Source: Rhodothermales bacterium (GTDB lineage: Bacteria; Bacteroidota; Rhodothermia; Rhodothermales; Bin80). From it: DNA of 64,000 nucleotides. The position numbers and the translations under genes are program-made. Shown piece after piece: positions 9,912 through 20,116 of the stretch. The first letter of the stretch is position 1, and every line of letters starts with the position of its first letter. The stretch covers positions 28,038 to 92,037 of the forward strand of contig JAJEDR010000056.1 in the NCBI GenBank assembly GCA_022821385.1, in the 5' to 3' direction. The notes under the pieces were generated by a model. The model saw nothing but the letters and a program-made list of their open reading frames with translations, was not told the origin of the DNA and did no database searches.

Positions 9912-10391
9912 ATGACATTGTCACAATTGCTTGAGCCAGATCGTCGCTTTATGAAGTCTGCCCTTCGGCAGGCTGAGCAGGCAAGAGACAAGGGAGAAGT
10001 ACCTGTCGGGGCCGTAGTCGTTAGAGATCAGCAGATTGTGGGTCGAGGCCACAACCTGGTTGAATCCTTGCGTGATCCGACCGCACATGCCGAAATGATT
10101 GCGATCACTGCGGCGTGTGAAACACTTCAATCCAAAGTTCTGAAAGCGTGTACGCTGTATGTCACACTGGAGCCGTGCCCCATGTGTGCAGGCGCAATCG
10201 TACTTGCTCGTTTGGATCGCCTGTGCTATGGAGCTATGGATGCGAAGGCAGGTGCTGCCTCCTCCCTGTATAATATCCCGCAGGATGAACGCTTAAACCA
10301 CCAAGTGGAAGTAGTCAGTGGTGTGGAAGCGGAACAAGCCGAACATCTACTCCGGGATTTTTTTCAGCAACTCAGAAGAGCTTCTTCATGA
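9912..10391 (+). CDS. tadA: tRNA adenosine(34) deaminase
   Basis: The zinc-binding motifs HAEMIAI and PCPMCAGA are present. Confidence 0.9.
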   Translation: MTLSQLLEPDRRFMKSALRQAEQARDKGEVPVGAVVVRDQQIVGRGHNLVESLRDPTAHAEMIAITAACETLQSKVLKACTLYVTLEPCPMCAGAIVLARLDRLCYGAMDAKAGAASSLYNIPQDERLNHQVEVVSGVEAEQAEHLLRDFFQQLRRASS

Positions 10392-10436
10392 GCGACCATA
10401 CCGCAACAGACTGCACATCATCTAGATAGACCGGAT

Positions 10437-11441
10437 ATGCAGGATATTGTAATTATCGGGGCCGGCCCGGTGGGCCTAGCTTGCGGAATTCAGGCTGCAA
10501 AGCATGACCTGAATGCCGTCATCATAGAAAAAGGGACGATTGTCAACTCACTAGTCGGCTATCCTACGCACATGGAGTTCTTCTCCACGGCCGAACTCCT
10601 AGAGATTGGTGGACATCCGTTTCCCACGCTAAATACCAAACCTACGCGCCCCGAAGCACTTCAATACTATCGTCGGGTCGTAGCCAGGGAAGCCTTGAAT
10701 CTGCAGCTTTATGAGCACGTACAGCGCGTGGAAGGTGCTGATAATGATTTCAAGGTTATCACGACCAAAGGAACGTATCTATGTCGCAAGGTAATTGTCG
10801 CGACCGGGTTTTTTGATATCCCCAACGCCCTGGGAGTCCCTGGTGAGAACCTCCCGAAGGTCACACACTACTACCGAGAACCTTATGCCTACGCCGAACA
10901 ACATGTGGCCGTCATCGGAGCCAAGAATTCAGCTGCAAAAGCTGCTCTGGAATGCTATCATTTTGGGGCTAAGGTCTCTCTGATTCATCGTGGAGATGCT
11001 CTTTCTGAAAAGATCAAGTACTGGATTAAGCCGGACATTGAGAACCGCATCAAGGAAGGAAGCATTACTGCGTGCTTCAACACACGGGTAACTGCGATTG
11101 AGCCCGGCCACCTACTCCTAGAAGGACCGGCGGGGCCCTCTAAATTGAAAAATGATTTTGTGATTGCCATGACCGGCTATCGCCCAGATTTTGCCTTCCT
11201 GGAAACACTGGGTATTGACATAAAGGATGATGCGTCCTGCACTCCTGTTCACCATGCCGAGACCTTTGAAACCAACCGTCAAGGCCTGTATCTGGCCGGC
11301 ACTGTATGCGGCGGACTTCACACAAGCCGCTGGTTTATTGAGAATGGACGCTTCCATGCTGCGCAAATCATTCGTCATATCAAGACAGGTACAGTCGAGC
11401 CTCTACAGCTTCAGGAACGCTACTGGAAAACTGCCGAATAG
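10437..11441 (+). CDS. ypdA: YpdA-family FAD-dependent disulfide reductase (putative bacillithiol disulfide reductase)
   Basis: The N-terminal IIGAGPVGLACG dinucleotide fold is followed by EKGTIVNSLVGYPTHMEFFST, typical of YpdA. A second GAKNSAAKAA fold is present. Confidence 0.75.
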   Translation: MQDIVIIGAGPVGLACGIQAAKHDLNAVIIEKGTIVNSLVGYPTHMEFFSTAELLEIGGHPFPTLNTKPTRPEALQYYRRVVAREALNLQLYEHVQRVEGADNDFKVITTKGTYLCRKVIVATGFFDIPNALGVPGENLPKVTHYYREPYAYAEQHVAVIGAKNSAAKAALECYHFGAKVSLIHRGDALSEKIKYWIKPDIENRIKEGSITACFNTRVTAIEPGHLLLEGPAGPSKLKNDFVIAMTGYRPDFAFLETLGIDIKDDASCTPVHHAETFETNRQGLYLAGTVCGGLHTSRWFIENGRFHAAQIIRHIKTGTVEPLQLQERYWKTAE

Positions 11442-12364
11442 GCAAACTTCCAAGACTGCATCCTGCGAGAAGGTAGCCATTTGCTCCTGAAACCCGATGA
11501 ACTGCAGACCGACGCTACCTATCCACCACTGCTGGTACCTCCCCCTACCTGCCCTCTTTGCGCAAGTGCTCCCAGTTAGGGGACTTGTTGCATGCCCCGC
11601 TTGAGACTGAACCACTTAAAGACGCATAGATCAACCCGCCGAGGACATTCTTGGAAACGCAATCGACCCACAGGTTCTGATCGCGTGTTTTATTGGCTTT
11701 ATAGAGCTTGTTTCTTGCCAAGAACATCACCTTTGCAATTCTCAATACTTTTGCGGCATTCCTCCACACGAACGAGATCAGACATGTATGGTTCTGACTA
11801 TATCATAGCGGAAGCGGAACTCCCCAGAAACAGAATGTCTTATGAGTTAATAATTAAAAACCAATATTTCCCATTATATCACAGAGAAAGAACATAATTA
11901 ACGGTGAAAATACTCGAAGTGTTATTATCTTTGTACGCAAAGTTTCCTGTCCATGATGACCTGCTGGCTGTGCAATATTCACAGGGCGAGTGCTTTGAGC
12001 CTATTCGCCCGAAGCACTCGTGGTCGTCAAGGCTGGAAACCGTATTGTAAATCCCACGGGGTCCTATTTGTGATCTGGCCCCGGTTCTAGATTTTGGAGT
12101 TTTGCAGGAGATTCAAACTCTTCCATAATCCTTACCGATTGCCAAAGACACGCAGCAAAACTCAATATTTGTGGAGATTGACAAGGAGGGATTCTGGCTA
12201 TTCTACTTGCAAATACTCTCACTCATACTATGCTAACTCGGCTGCCGAACCAATATGAACAGTCCTCTCTGCAAGCATTCGCCCATAACATATCGAATAC
12301 AATCTGGGATTCTCACTGTTGATTCGCACCAATAGCCTACAATGCACATACCTGCAGCAATTCC

Positions 12365-15300
12365 ATGCCTCCGTTAATGAATTTTATGGGTCAAACATTC
12401 CAATGGATACGGCCCCGAATTGGAATCATTCTACTCCTAGCGCTGTGGACCATTCCAGCAGGGTGGACTACGCATTCAATTCCGGAAAAAACGGGAATAG
12501 TACCTGAATCAGGCCCACATCTAGACCCCGTTGCTCTCACGATCCCCGAATGTTGGCAACCCAATAGTGCAATTGCGCAACCTATTAGCATCGTGGGGGA
12601 AGCAACTACTAGGTCCCATATTAAATGTTATGTGCATGGGCAGTCGCCTATTTCAGTGCCAATCCCTGAAACAACCTCCTCGGACAATAACCCGCCTAAT
12701 GGTAGAACTAACGCCAACTTCGGCTTTGATTTTAATCCCTCAGCAGACAGAAAAACCGAAACACGTTCTTTCATCATTTACACCGATATAGATATACTTT
12801 TCGAAAACGCCGGTGCTACTACAATTACAGTCACGGCTGAGGTCGATGGAGTTTCCCCCTTCAATACAGCTACCACGCTCCCGATAACTGTCACCGGGTC
12901 CGGGGTGGCCTCAGCTGTAGATTTTGCTTCTGTCCCAAATTTCAATATCGTTGTTCCGGGTGGTGCCACAAGTGGCTCGGCAACCTTCACACTCACACCG
13001 GAAAATGATCTCGTAGACGAAACGGATGAAACCATCACTGTAGCCAGCACAAGCGCACTAGTAAACGGAACGGATGAGATTTCACTGAGAGATGACGATG
13101 CTCCGCCAACCGGTATCAGCCTTGATGCTACGCCAAATGTCGCCCAAGAGAACGAAGGAGCTCAAATTATCACGGTCACCGCTACCGTTGATGGGCGAAC
13201 AACCTATTCCACGGCACAATCTATCCCAATCACCGTCACAGGCACGCTCACAGCCGGTGCAGTTGATTTTATACCTGTGCCAGATTTCAGTATTGAGATA
13301 CCGGCTGAAAGCAGTTCCGGCAGCACAACCTTTACACTGACACCTGAAGATGATTCGGTGGCTGAAACAGACGAGACCATCACCATAGCCAGCTCAAATG
13401 CAGCCGTAACAAACACAATCACCTTCCTTCTCCGCGATGATGATGGAGCGCCAAGGGGAATCAATATTCTTACCAACACAAGTGCAGTTTATGAGGACCT
13501 TGGTGCACAGGATGTCATAGTCACTCTAGAAGTTTCCGGCTCCACAACCTATCCAACAGATCAAACAGTACCACTTACTGTCACGGGCACAGGTGCCACC
13601 GGCGTGGTTGGGTTTGATCCCGTTGCGAACTTCAACATTGTACTCCCTGCACAGGCATTGACCGCAAGCTCAACGCTTACAATCACGCCTGTAAACAATT
13701 TAGTTGATGAGGCGAATGAAACGATTACTTTGGCCAGTTCTTCTCCAGAAGTAACCGGACCAGCAACCATCAATCTTATAGATGATGACCCGACTCCCTC
13801 AATTACACTGAACGCTGCACCGTCAACTATCAGTGAAGCCGATGGTGCCACCCAGGTCACGATTACTGCAGGCTGGAATGGTCAGGTAGTCTTTCCGATT
13901 GACCACCTGATCCCGCTATCCATTACTGGATCAGGCTCGGATGCTGCCGTAGACTTTACATCGGTCACAAACCTCGATCTCCACGTAGCTGCTGGAGCGA
14001 GTGGTGGAACTGCAACATTTACCCTCACGCCTATTGATGACTCAGAAGAAGAAGTAGATGAAGTCATCACCATATCCAGTACAAGTACACTCGTAAGTGC
14101 ACCGGCAACCATCACCCTGACCGATGATGATGCCACACCCAGTATTCGTCTTTCCGCGACACCAGGTTCCGTTCGCGAAGGTGATGGACCCACAGCAATA
14201 ACCGTGACCGCTACGGTGGATGGTGCTACCACAATCGGCGCCTCGCTGATTCTACCCATAAATGTCAGCGGGTCGGACGTGCCTGAAGCCGCTGACTTTG
14301 CGCCGGTCGCAGATTTCAATCTCACTATTGATGCGGGCAATTCTACCGGTTCAGCTGCTTTCATACTCACCCCCGAGAACGACACCGAAAATGAACTCAA
14401 CGAATTAATTACAATAGCCAGTACCAGCGCACTTGTGACTAATCATACGACCATCACTCTGATTGACGATGATGCCGCCCAAGTGGCGCTTTCCGTGACT
14501 CCAGCAACCATCCACGAAAATCGTGGAACGCAAACCGTCTCTGTAACCGGTACACTCGATGGCGTCCGGGCATTCCCGACAGACCGCGTAGTCACACTAT
14601 CGATCAGCGCAAGCGGCAACCCCGATGCCGTGGACTTTGAACCTGTTGCTGACGTTGATCTGGCTTTTCAGTCCGGCTCCTTTACAGCCACCGAGGTGTT
14701 TGATTTGACGCCAATTGATGATCTGGAATTCGAATCAGACGAAACGATCACCGTAGCCGGTTCCGATGCTATCGTCACCGGCCCGGCATTTATAACCTTG
14801 TTAAATGATGATATAGAACCGGAAGGCATCGTTCTGGAGGCTTCACCGAGCGTCATCAATGAGGATGCCGGCCTGACCAAGGTAACGGTTACTGCCAATG
14901 TACAGGGGCTTACGCGCTACTCCACTGACCAGGAGATTGTTCTGGCTATAACCGATGATGGTGATCCGACTTCGGTAGCGTACACATCTGTTAACGAAAT
15001 CACACTGACAATTCCGGCAGGCGCAGCATCTGGATATGCTGAATTCGATGTCACACCCGAAAACAACAACCTCTACCAGTCCGATGGAACCGTCACGATC
15101 GGCAGCTCCAATGCCCTTGTATTGAACACAACTGACCTTACACTTGCGAACGACGATGCAGCGCCAACGGGGATCGTCCTGTCAGCCCAGCCTACCTCAA
15201 TCTCCGAGGACGCCGGTCCAACCCGGGTAACGATTACCGCCAATGTACAAGGGGACACGCGCTACTCCACAGACCAAAGGATTGTCCTAGACATAACCGA

Positions 15301-17908
15301 TGACGGTGATCCGACTTCGGTAGCGTACACATCTGTCAGCGAAATCATACTGACTATTCCGGCAGGCGCAGCATCTGGAAATGCTGATTTCGAAATCACA
15401 CCCGACAACAACAATGTTCACCAGCCAAATGGAGCCGTAACGATCAGCAGTTCCAACACCCTCGTATTGAATACAACTGACCTCACACTCGAGAACGACG
15501 ATGCCGCGCCGACGGGGATCGTCCTGTCAGCCCAGCCCACATCAATCTCGGAGGACGCCGGTCCAACCACGATAACTGTCACTGCTGCTGTACAAGGAGA
15601 GACAACTTACGCCACTGAACAAACCATAACCGTAACAGCGAGCAGTTCTGGACAGGTATATGCGGTCGATTTTGCCGCAGTCCCGGATTTTGTAATCACA
15701 ATCCCGGCCGAATCCACCAGTGCCAGCACCATCATTGAGCTTGTCCCCGAAAATGATCAGGAAGACGAACAGGACGAAACCATCACTTTAAGTAGCACGA
15801 ATTCCCTCGTTATACAGGGAAGCAGTATTACGATTGTGGATGACGATCAGGCACCCACGGGTATAGCCGTATCAGTCAACCCCGATGTAGTTGCTGAAAA
15901 TTCTGGACCCACTGAGGTGACGGTAACTATTACTGTAACTGGAGGCACACGGTACGCAGAAGAAAAAGCGTTAACCTTGAGCGTTGCCGGCTCTGGCCTG
16001 CCCGGAGCAGTAGGCTTTGCACCAATTTCCCCGATCATGCTGTCGCTCCCCCCTGGGGAAGACGTGCTCTCAACAACTTTTTCGCTGGAACCTGTAGACA
16101 ATCTGCTAGATGAGCCCGATGAGATCTTGACGATAGCTGTTGCTGGAGATGATGTTGGGGCCGAGGCGCAGCTTTCCCTTACGGACGATGATCCTGAGCC
16201 GGCTGGATTTGCCTTGACCGTGACTCCCGAAATTGTCGTAGAGGGGGACGGCCCGACTAATGTCAGTGTGACCGCTACTGTTATGGGGATCTCGCGGTAT
16301 TCAGCCATGCAAACTCTTGACATCTCCGTCACTGATGCAATTGCCGGAGCGGTTGGCTATGAGAATATTCCCGACTTTACCATTGAAGTCGCTCCCGGTA
16401 CAGATTCGGGCACTAACACCTTCATACTAACCCCGAAAGAGAATACCGTCAGGGAAACTGATGCAACAATTACGATAACTGCCCTGCATATGGGCAAAAC
16501 TATCAACGTAAGGCTTTTGCTTCGGGATGACGATCAGGCAACTGTGCGGGCGTCTGATGTAAATGCTGCTCTGCTACCTGAGGCAACCAGAGCCATGATT
16601 GCCAGCGCAGTAGGGGCAGTCAGTAATCGTATTGACGGGTTCAGGAATACCCACTCAGCATCTTCGGGGAATTTTTCGAGTACGCTGTCCGGTTTGATGA
16701 TGAGATTCCGTGACGGTACACCCTACACGGGATCTGTAGCCGCGTCTACCTGGACTTCCCGACTTAGTAATACCTCGCTGTCCGCGAGCTTGAATGGACG
16801 CATCACGGTTTGGGGGCATGCAGATTATCGTGCGCTATCCGGCAACAACGCCGACTACCCCCTTGGCTATGACGGAGATGTCAGCGGTTTTCATGCTGGT
16901 GCTGATATGACCCTTGGCCGGTTTCTTGTCGGAATTTCTGCATCACAGTTTGATGGTGATCTGGATTACGAATACAGTGGCAGCACAGGCCAGGTAAACC
17001 TTAGCGCGCCTGTAAAAGGGCTGTATCAGATCGACGCACGTACACTCAGTCCCTATGTGAACTGGTCCTGGAGCGCGAATTCTGGAATATGGACCATGGC
17101 CAGTTTTGGCGCAGGCGACGTAGAACTTTCTGATCCAGACATGGCTCCTGAACGGTCTGAGACTTCTTTGCAGGCCTTCGCTGCGGGGGTTGATTTGCGA
17201 TTGATTACGGCTCAAAGCGGCTTTTCTCTTACGGTAAAGGGAGCCGCGTGGACAGGACAAATGGATCTGGATGAAAATACAAGTCGCATAAGTGGGTTGG
17301 CCGTAAATGTCCGTCGCATCCAGATGTCATTTGAGGGAGCATACCGCATCGGACTTGCATCAAAGGGGATGTTTCAACCCTTCATTGAAGCTGGCATGCG
17401 AGGCGATGGAGGGGACGGACAAACAGGGTTAGGCGTGGAACTGGGAGGAGGTGCACGCCTCGCTTTGCCCTCCGCAGGACTTCGATTTACAGGACAAGGG
17501 CGTGCACTTGTCGCCCATAAAGGCAATATCGACGAATGGGGATTTGGTGGTATGCTGAGTTATTCCCACGGTGATCATACCGGGCCGACGCTGGAATTGG
17601 GATCATATACGGGTCATACGCTTGGTGGTACTCAAAAAATCTGGAACGATGCCGCATGGTTCGCTGAACATACTCGGGGGCGTGCCAAGACAAGGTTGCA
17701 GTCGTTGCTGGGCTATGGATTTGAAGTGAGCACCGGAACTGTCATGCCTTATACCGGAATAGAACTGGAGCGTGGTGTTAATACACGAATGGGAGCAGAG
17801 TATCGCTTTGGAGATCGATTGAGTGTTCGGCTGGAAGCTTCCAACCGCATAGCATCACATACACACAACTTATCCCCCGTCGTACACGGATCAATCACGC
17901 TGCGTTAA
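12365..17908 (+). CDS. Giant surface protein: signal peptide, about 11 Calx-beta repeats, C-terminal autotransporter-like outer-membrane beta-barrel
   Basis: The product is 1847 aa. The N-terminal hydrophobic signal is IGIILLLALWTIPAGW. Repeats of about 115 aa each end in a DDD/NDD motif. The last ~450 aa show alternating-hydrophobic beta-strand patterns. Confidence 0.85.
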   Translation: MPPLMNFMGQTFQWIRPRIGIILLLALWTIPAGWTTHSIPEKTGIVPESGPHLDPVALTIPECWQPNSAIAQPISIVGEATTRSHIKCYVHGQSPISVPIPETTSSDNNPPNGRTNANFGFDFNPSADRKTETRSFIIYTDIDILFENAGATTITVTAEVDGVSPFNTATTLPITVTGSGVASAVDFASVPNFNIVVPGGATSGSATFTLTPENDLVDETDETITVASTSALVNGTDEISLRDDDAPPTGISLDATPNVAQENEGAQIITVTATVDGRTTYSTAQSIPITVTGTLTAGAVDFIPVPDFSIEIPAESSSGSTTFTLTPEDDSVAETDETITIASSNAAVTNTITFLLRDDDGAPRGINILTNTSAVYEDLGAQDVIVTLEVSGSTTYPTDQTVPLTVTGTGATGVVGFDPVANFNIVLPAQALTASSTLTITPVNNLVDEANETITLASSSPEVTGPATINLIDDDPTPSITLNAAPSTISEADGATQVTITAGWNGQVVFPIDHLIPLSITGSGSDAAVDFTSVTNLDLHVAAGASGGTATFTLTPIDDSEEEVDEVITISSTSTLVSAPATITLTDDDATPSIRLSATPGSVREGDGPTAITVTATVDGATTIGASLILPINVSGSDVPEAADFAPVADFNLTIDAGNSTGSAAFILTPENDTENELNELITIASTSALVTNHTTITLIDDDAAQVALSVTPATIHENRGTQTVSVTGTLDGVRAFPTDRVVTLSISASGNPDAVDFEPVADVDLAFQSGSFTATEVFDLTPIDDLEFESDETITVAGSDAIVTGPAFITLLNDDIEPEGIVLEASPSVINEDAGLTKVTVTANVQGLTRYSTDQEIVLAITDDGDPTSVAYTSVNEITLTIPAGAASGYAEFDVTPENNNLYQSDGTVTIGSSNALVLNTTDLTLANDDAAPTGIVLSAQPTSISEDAGPTRVTITANVQGDTRYSTDQRIVLDITDDGDPTSVAYTSVSEIILTIPAGAASGNADFEITPDNNNVHQPNGAVTISSSNTLVLNTTDLTLENDDAAPTGIVLSAQPTSISEDAGPTTITVTAAVQGETTYATEQTITVTASSSGQVYAVDFAAVPDFVITIPAESTSASTIIELVPENDQEDEQDETITLSSTNSLVIQGSSITIVDDDQAPTGIAVSVNPDVVAENSGPTEVTVTITVTGGTRYAEEKALTLSVAGSGLPGAVGFAPISPIMLSLPPGEDVLSTTFSLEPVDNLLDEPDEILTIAVAGDDVGAEAQLSLTDDDPEPAGFALTVTPEIVVEGDGPTNVSVTATVMGISRYSAMQTLDISVTDAIAGAVGYENIPDFTIEVAPGTDSGTNTFILTPKENTVRETDATITITALHMGKTINVRLLLRDDDQATVRASDVNAALLPEATRAMIASAVGAVSNRIDGFRNTHSASSGNFSSTLSGLMMRFRDGTPYTGSVAASTWTSRLSNTSLSASLNGRITVWGHADYRALSGNNADYPLGYDGDVSGFHAGADMTLGRFLVGISASQFDGDLDYEYSGSTGQVNLSAPVKGLYQIDARTLSPYVNWSWSANSGIWTMASFGAGDVELSDPDMAPERSETSLQAFAAGVDLRLITAQSGFSLTVKGAAWTGQMDLDENTSRISGLAVNVRRIQMSFEGAYRIGLASKGMFQPFIEAGMRGDGGDGQTGLGVELGGGARLALPSAGLRFTGQGRALVAHKGNIDEWGFGGMLSYSHGDHTGPTLELGSYTGHTLGGTQKIWNDAAWFAEHTRGRAKTRLQSLLGYGFEVSTGTVMPYTGIELERGVNTRMGAEYRFGDRLSVRLEASNRIASHTHNLSPVVHGSITLR
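12782..16540 (+). repeat. In-frame array of Calx-beta-type coding repeats (~330-345 nt period)
   Basis: The recurrent pattern is ..ITVTATVDG.T.YSTDQ.I.L.VTG.....AVDF..V.DF.I.IPAG..SG...F.LTPE.D...E.DETITI.S........I.L.DDD..P. I counted eleven D/N-DD boundaries. Confidence 0.8.
14816..15568 (+). repeat. Near-identical tandem duplication (2 full 345-nt units plus the head of a third) inside the Calx-beta array
   Basis: The units start at 14816, 15161 and 15506. Units 1 and 2 share exact runs such as ggtgatccgacttcggtagcgtacacatctgt (32 nt) and attccggcaggcgcagcatctgga (24 nt). Units 2 and 3 share acggggatcgtcctgtcagcccagcc (26 nt). Confidence 0.9.
16547..17908 (+). other. Autotransporter-like (type Va) beta-barrel domain of the giant protein
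   Basis: A helical linker (VNAALLPEATRAMIASAVGAVSNRIDGF) is followed by at least 12 amphipathic strands, for example RITVWGHADYRAL, VSGFHAGADMTL, LQAFAAGVDLRLI, GVELGGGARLAL and LSVRLEASNRI. The terminal residues are ..SITLR, not the usual aromatic. Confidence 0.6.
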
Positions 17909-18388
17909 CGTGACCTGGGCGGGGCACCCTCGTTAGCTGAATATTGCACCGCGTCTGATTGCGGATTTAATGTTCAACTGCGTAACACGCCGGGATAGCC
18001 GACGGTTTCCTTGGCCGATTTATCCGTGCTTCCGCCTTCAGCGAGTCCACAGACGTTTGTTTTGATACCGATGGAGAAGCCCATATCCTTTTGGGTGAAT
18101 CCATATTGATCCAAGATGATTGGGAGGCGGGCTTATGCACCGAAACCGCTACGGTCACTTTCTGCTGAGGGAGTTAACTGCCCTTGCTAATGAACCAATG
18201 GACGCCCATGTCTTTCGGTAATACCGCAATTCGTGTAGAGTGATTGATTTCCGTCTACACCATATTGACGCATTTCATGGAAACAGTTCGAGATTCCGCG
18301 GTACATCACAGCTTATTGACCTCGTTGCGGCGGATGCTGGGGTTATGGAATAGGATGCAGCTGCTTGTAACCAAGCAACGTATTTTAC

Positions 18389-19663
18389 ATGGAACCCCAG
18401 CCGCCGAACCTTGTCCAATTACGCTTCACACGGTATCTCATTGTGATGGCTGAATCACATCATCTCAGACCGTCCGCCCCTCTCACCGCTGCTCGTGATC
18501 GAGGGCCCTCCCGGTATTTTCACGGCCGAATACGGAGCCAGCGCAATTTCAAGGAACTGTTGCACCGTGCGACTCAGGCGGGGAATGGAACGACATTCCT
18601 AATTCAGGGACCTCCTGGTGTGGGGAAGACTGCCCTGGTTTATGAATGCAAACGTCACGCTTTAGAAGGTGGCTGGGATGTAGCCTCTGTTAACCCTCCG
18701 ACTCTTTGGGATCCAAACGAAATGCTGTACGCTCTTGGGCGAGGGAGCAGACTGAGACTGACGGGGGGGTCTGGGAAAGTTGGCGTAGATGCAGTTGTGA
18801 AAATCGAGGCGGGATTGGATTTTTCAGTAAACCAGGAAACCCGTACGGTACTGCAAGTGCTTAGGGGTGGGAAGAAGCCCCTACTCCTCGCCTTGGACGA
18901 AGCTCAAGCACTGGGCAAGCCAAATATTCCGCCATCTGATCAGGTGGGCGTTGTGAACAGTGTCCTTAACAACATCCACAATGGGGACTTGGATAGACCT
19001 GTCATTCTTTTGGCAGCGGGTTTAGGGACGACCTTGAAGTCCTTCGGGAGACTTGGAATTTCGAGGTTTGCAGCGCACTGTGTTGTGGAATTAGGGGCAT
19101 TGAGTAAGGAGGATGAGCGTGCGGTGATCCGGGATTGGATCAAAAAGGAGGGTAGAGCCAAAGGAGATCCAACAGGATGGATTGATGCGATCTCGCGGGA
19201 AACGCATGGATGGCCCCAGCATATCCAAACCTATGCGGACATCGCTGCAGAGCAGCTAAAGGCAGATGGCGGAATTATGACTCCAGAGGGGTTGCGCGTT
19301 GTACTGGAAGCGGGACGGGAATATCGTCAGGTGTATTACAAGCAACGAGTAGATGACTTTCGTGTAGATCAGCTCCGCAGTTTGGCAAGAACCATTGCGG
19401 CTGTCCCCCAGGGAGAGCCTACTGAGTATAGAGATATAGTGTCTTCTCTGGCACGGGACTATGGCGATGATGGGGCGGAAACTTTATTCAAGAGCTTGGA
19501 AGAGCAAGGGTTGCTAGCGCGGAGTGGGATGGGGTATGCTGTCCCCATTCCCTCGATGCATGCATGGCTGAGGGACGAGTATGTCCGAGAGAAGATTGAA
19601 TTCCCTCGCGACCCGCAGAAGGGACAAAGCAGTCACGAGCAGAGTTCCGGGTTGGAACATTAA
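18389..19663 (+). CDS. Orphan P-loop NTPase (AAA_16 / ORC-Cdc6-like ATPase with probable C-terminal winged helix)
   Basis: FHGRIRSQRNFKELL precedes the Walker A GPPGVGKT. The Walker B is LLLALDEAQAL. The likely true start is the ATG at 18446 (MAESHH). The gene is flanked on both sides by roughly 450-480 bp without convincing ORFs. Confidence 0.6.
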   Translation: MEPQPPNLVQLRFTRYLIVMAESHHLRPSAPLTAARDRGPSRYFHGRIRSQRNFKELLHRATQAGNGTTFLIQGPPGVGKTALVYECKRHALEGGWDVASVNPPTLWDPNEMLYALGRGSRLRLTGGSGKVGVDAVVKIEAGLDFSVNQETRTVLQVLRGGKKPLLLALDEAQALGKPNIPPSDQVGVVNSVLNNIHNGDLDRPVILLAAGLGTTLKSFGRLGISRFAAHCVVELGALSKEDERAVIRDWIKKEGRAKGDPTGWIDAISRETHGWPQHIQTYADIAAEQLKADGGIMTPEGLRVVLEAGREYRQVYYKQRVDDFRVDQLRSLARTIAAVPQGEPTEYRDIVSSLARDYGDDGAETLFKSLEEQGLLARSGMGYAVPIPSMHAWLRDEYVREKIEFPRDPQKGQSSHEQSSGLEH

Positions 19664-20116
19664 CTTCGGTGCGCCCCGACCCAACTCTTATTCGATGGTC
19701 GCGGTGGAAAGGGCTCATACAGGCGAAATACCGAATGTTTTTTGCAACGTCAAGGTGCAAAATAGAGCTTAATTATGAACCGTTATCGTACTTGACGGAC
19801 GTTACCTCCAATATTTCGGGGGAGGCCTTTATTCCTTCCAAGTGGCCGTATGGAAATTATCCGGGAACCTCGAAAATCTCGGCTACATCGCCCAAGTAAG
19901 GGTCGAAATGTTAGTTTTGGGCACAACATCAAGGACGTATACTGCCCTTGCGATCCAAGCGTTACGCCGAATACGCATTGACTATACGGAACGTTACCAC
20001 AAACCCACCTCCCGCCATGCCATTCCCTACTTCACCAATCACCGAATCTGTCTTGCCACGGATTCGATGATAGGATTAAACCAAAATTCCCGCAGTGTAC
20101 GGCTGTCGGCACCTAA

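Noticed and set aside
12391-16332. Numerous 60-170-aa minus-strand ORFs inside the giant gene, and a possible CRISPR-like periodicity.
   Set aside because: The periodic signal is an in-frame protein repeat (Calx-beta modules, ~345 nt). There are no short identical direct repeats separated by unique spacers. The antisense ORFs mirror the repeat and have Ser/Val/Thr-rich composition.
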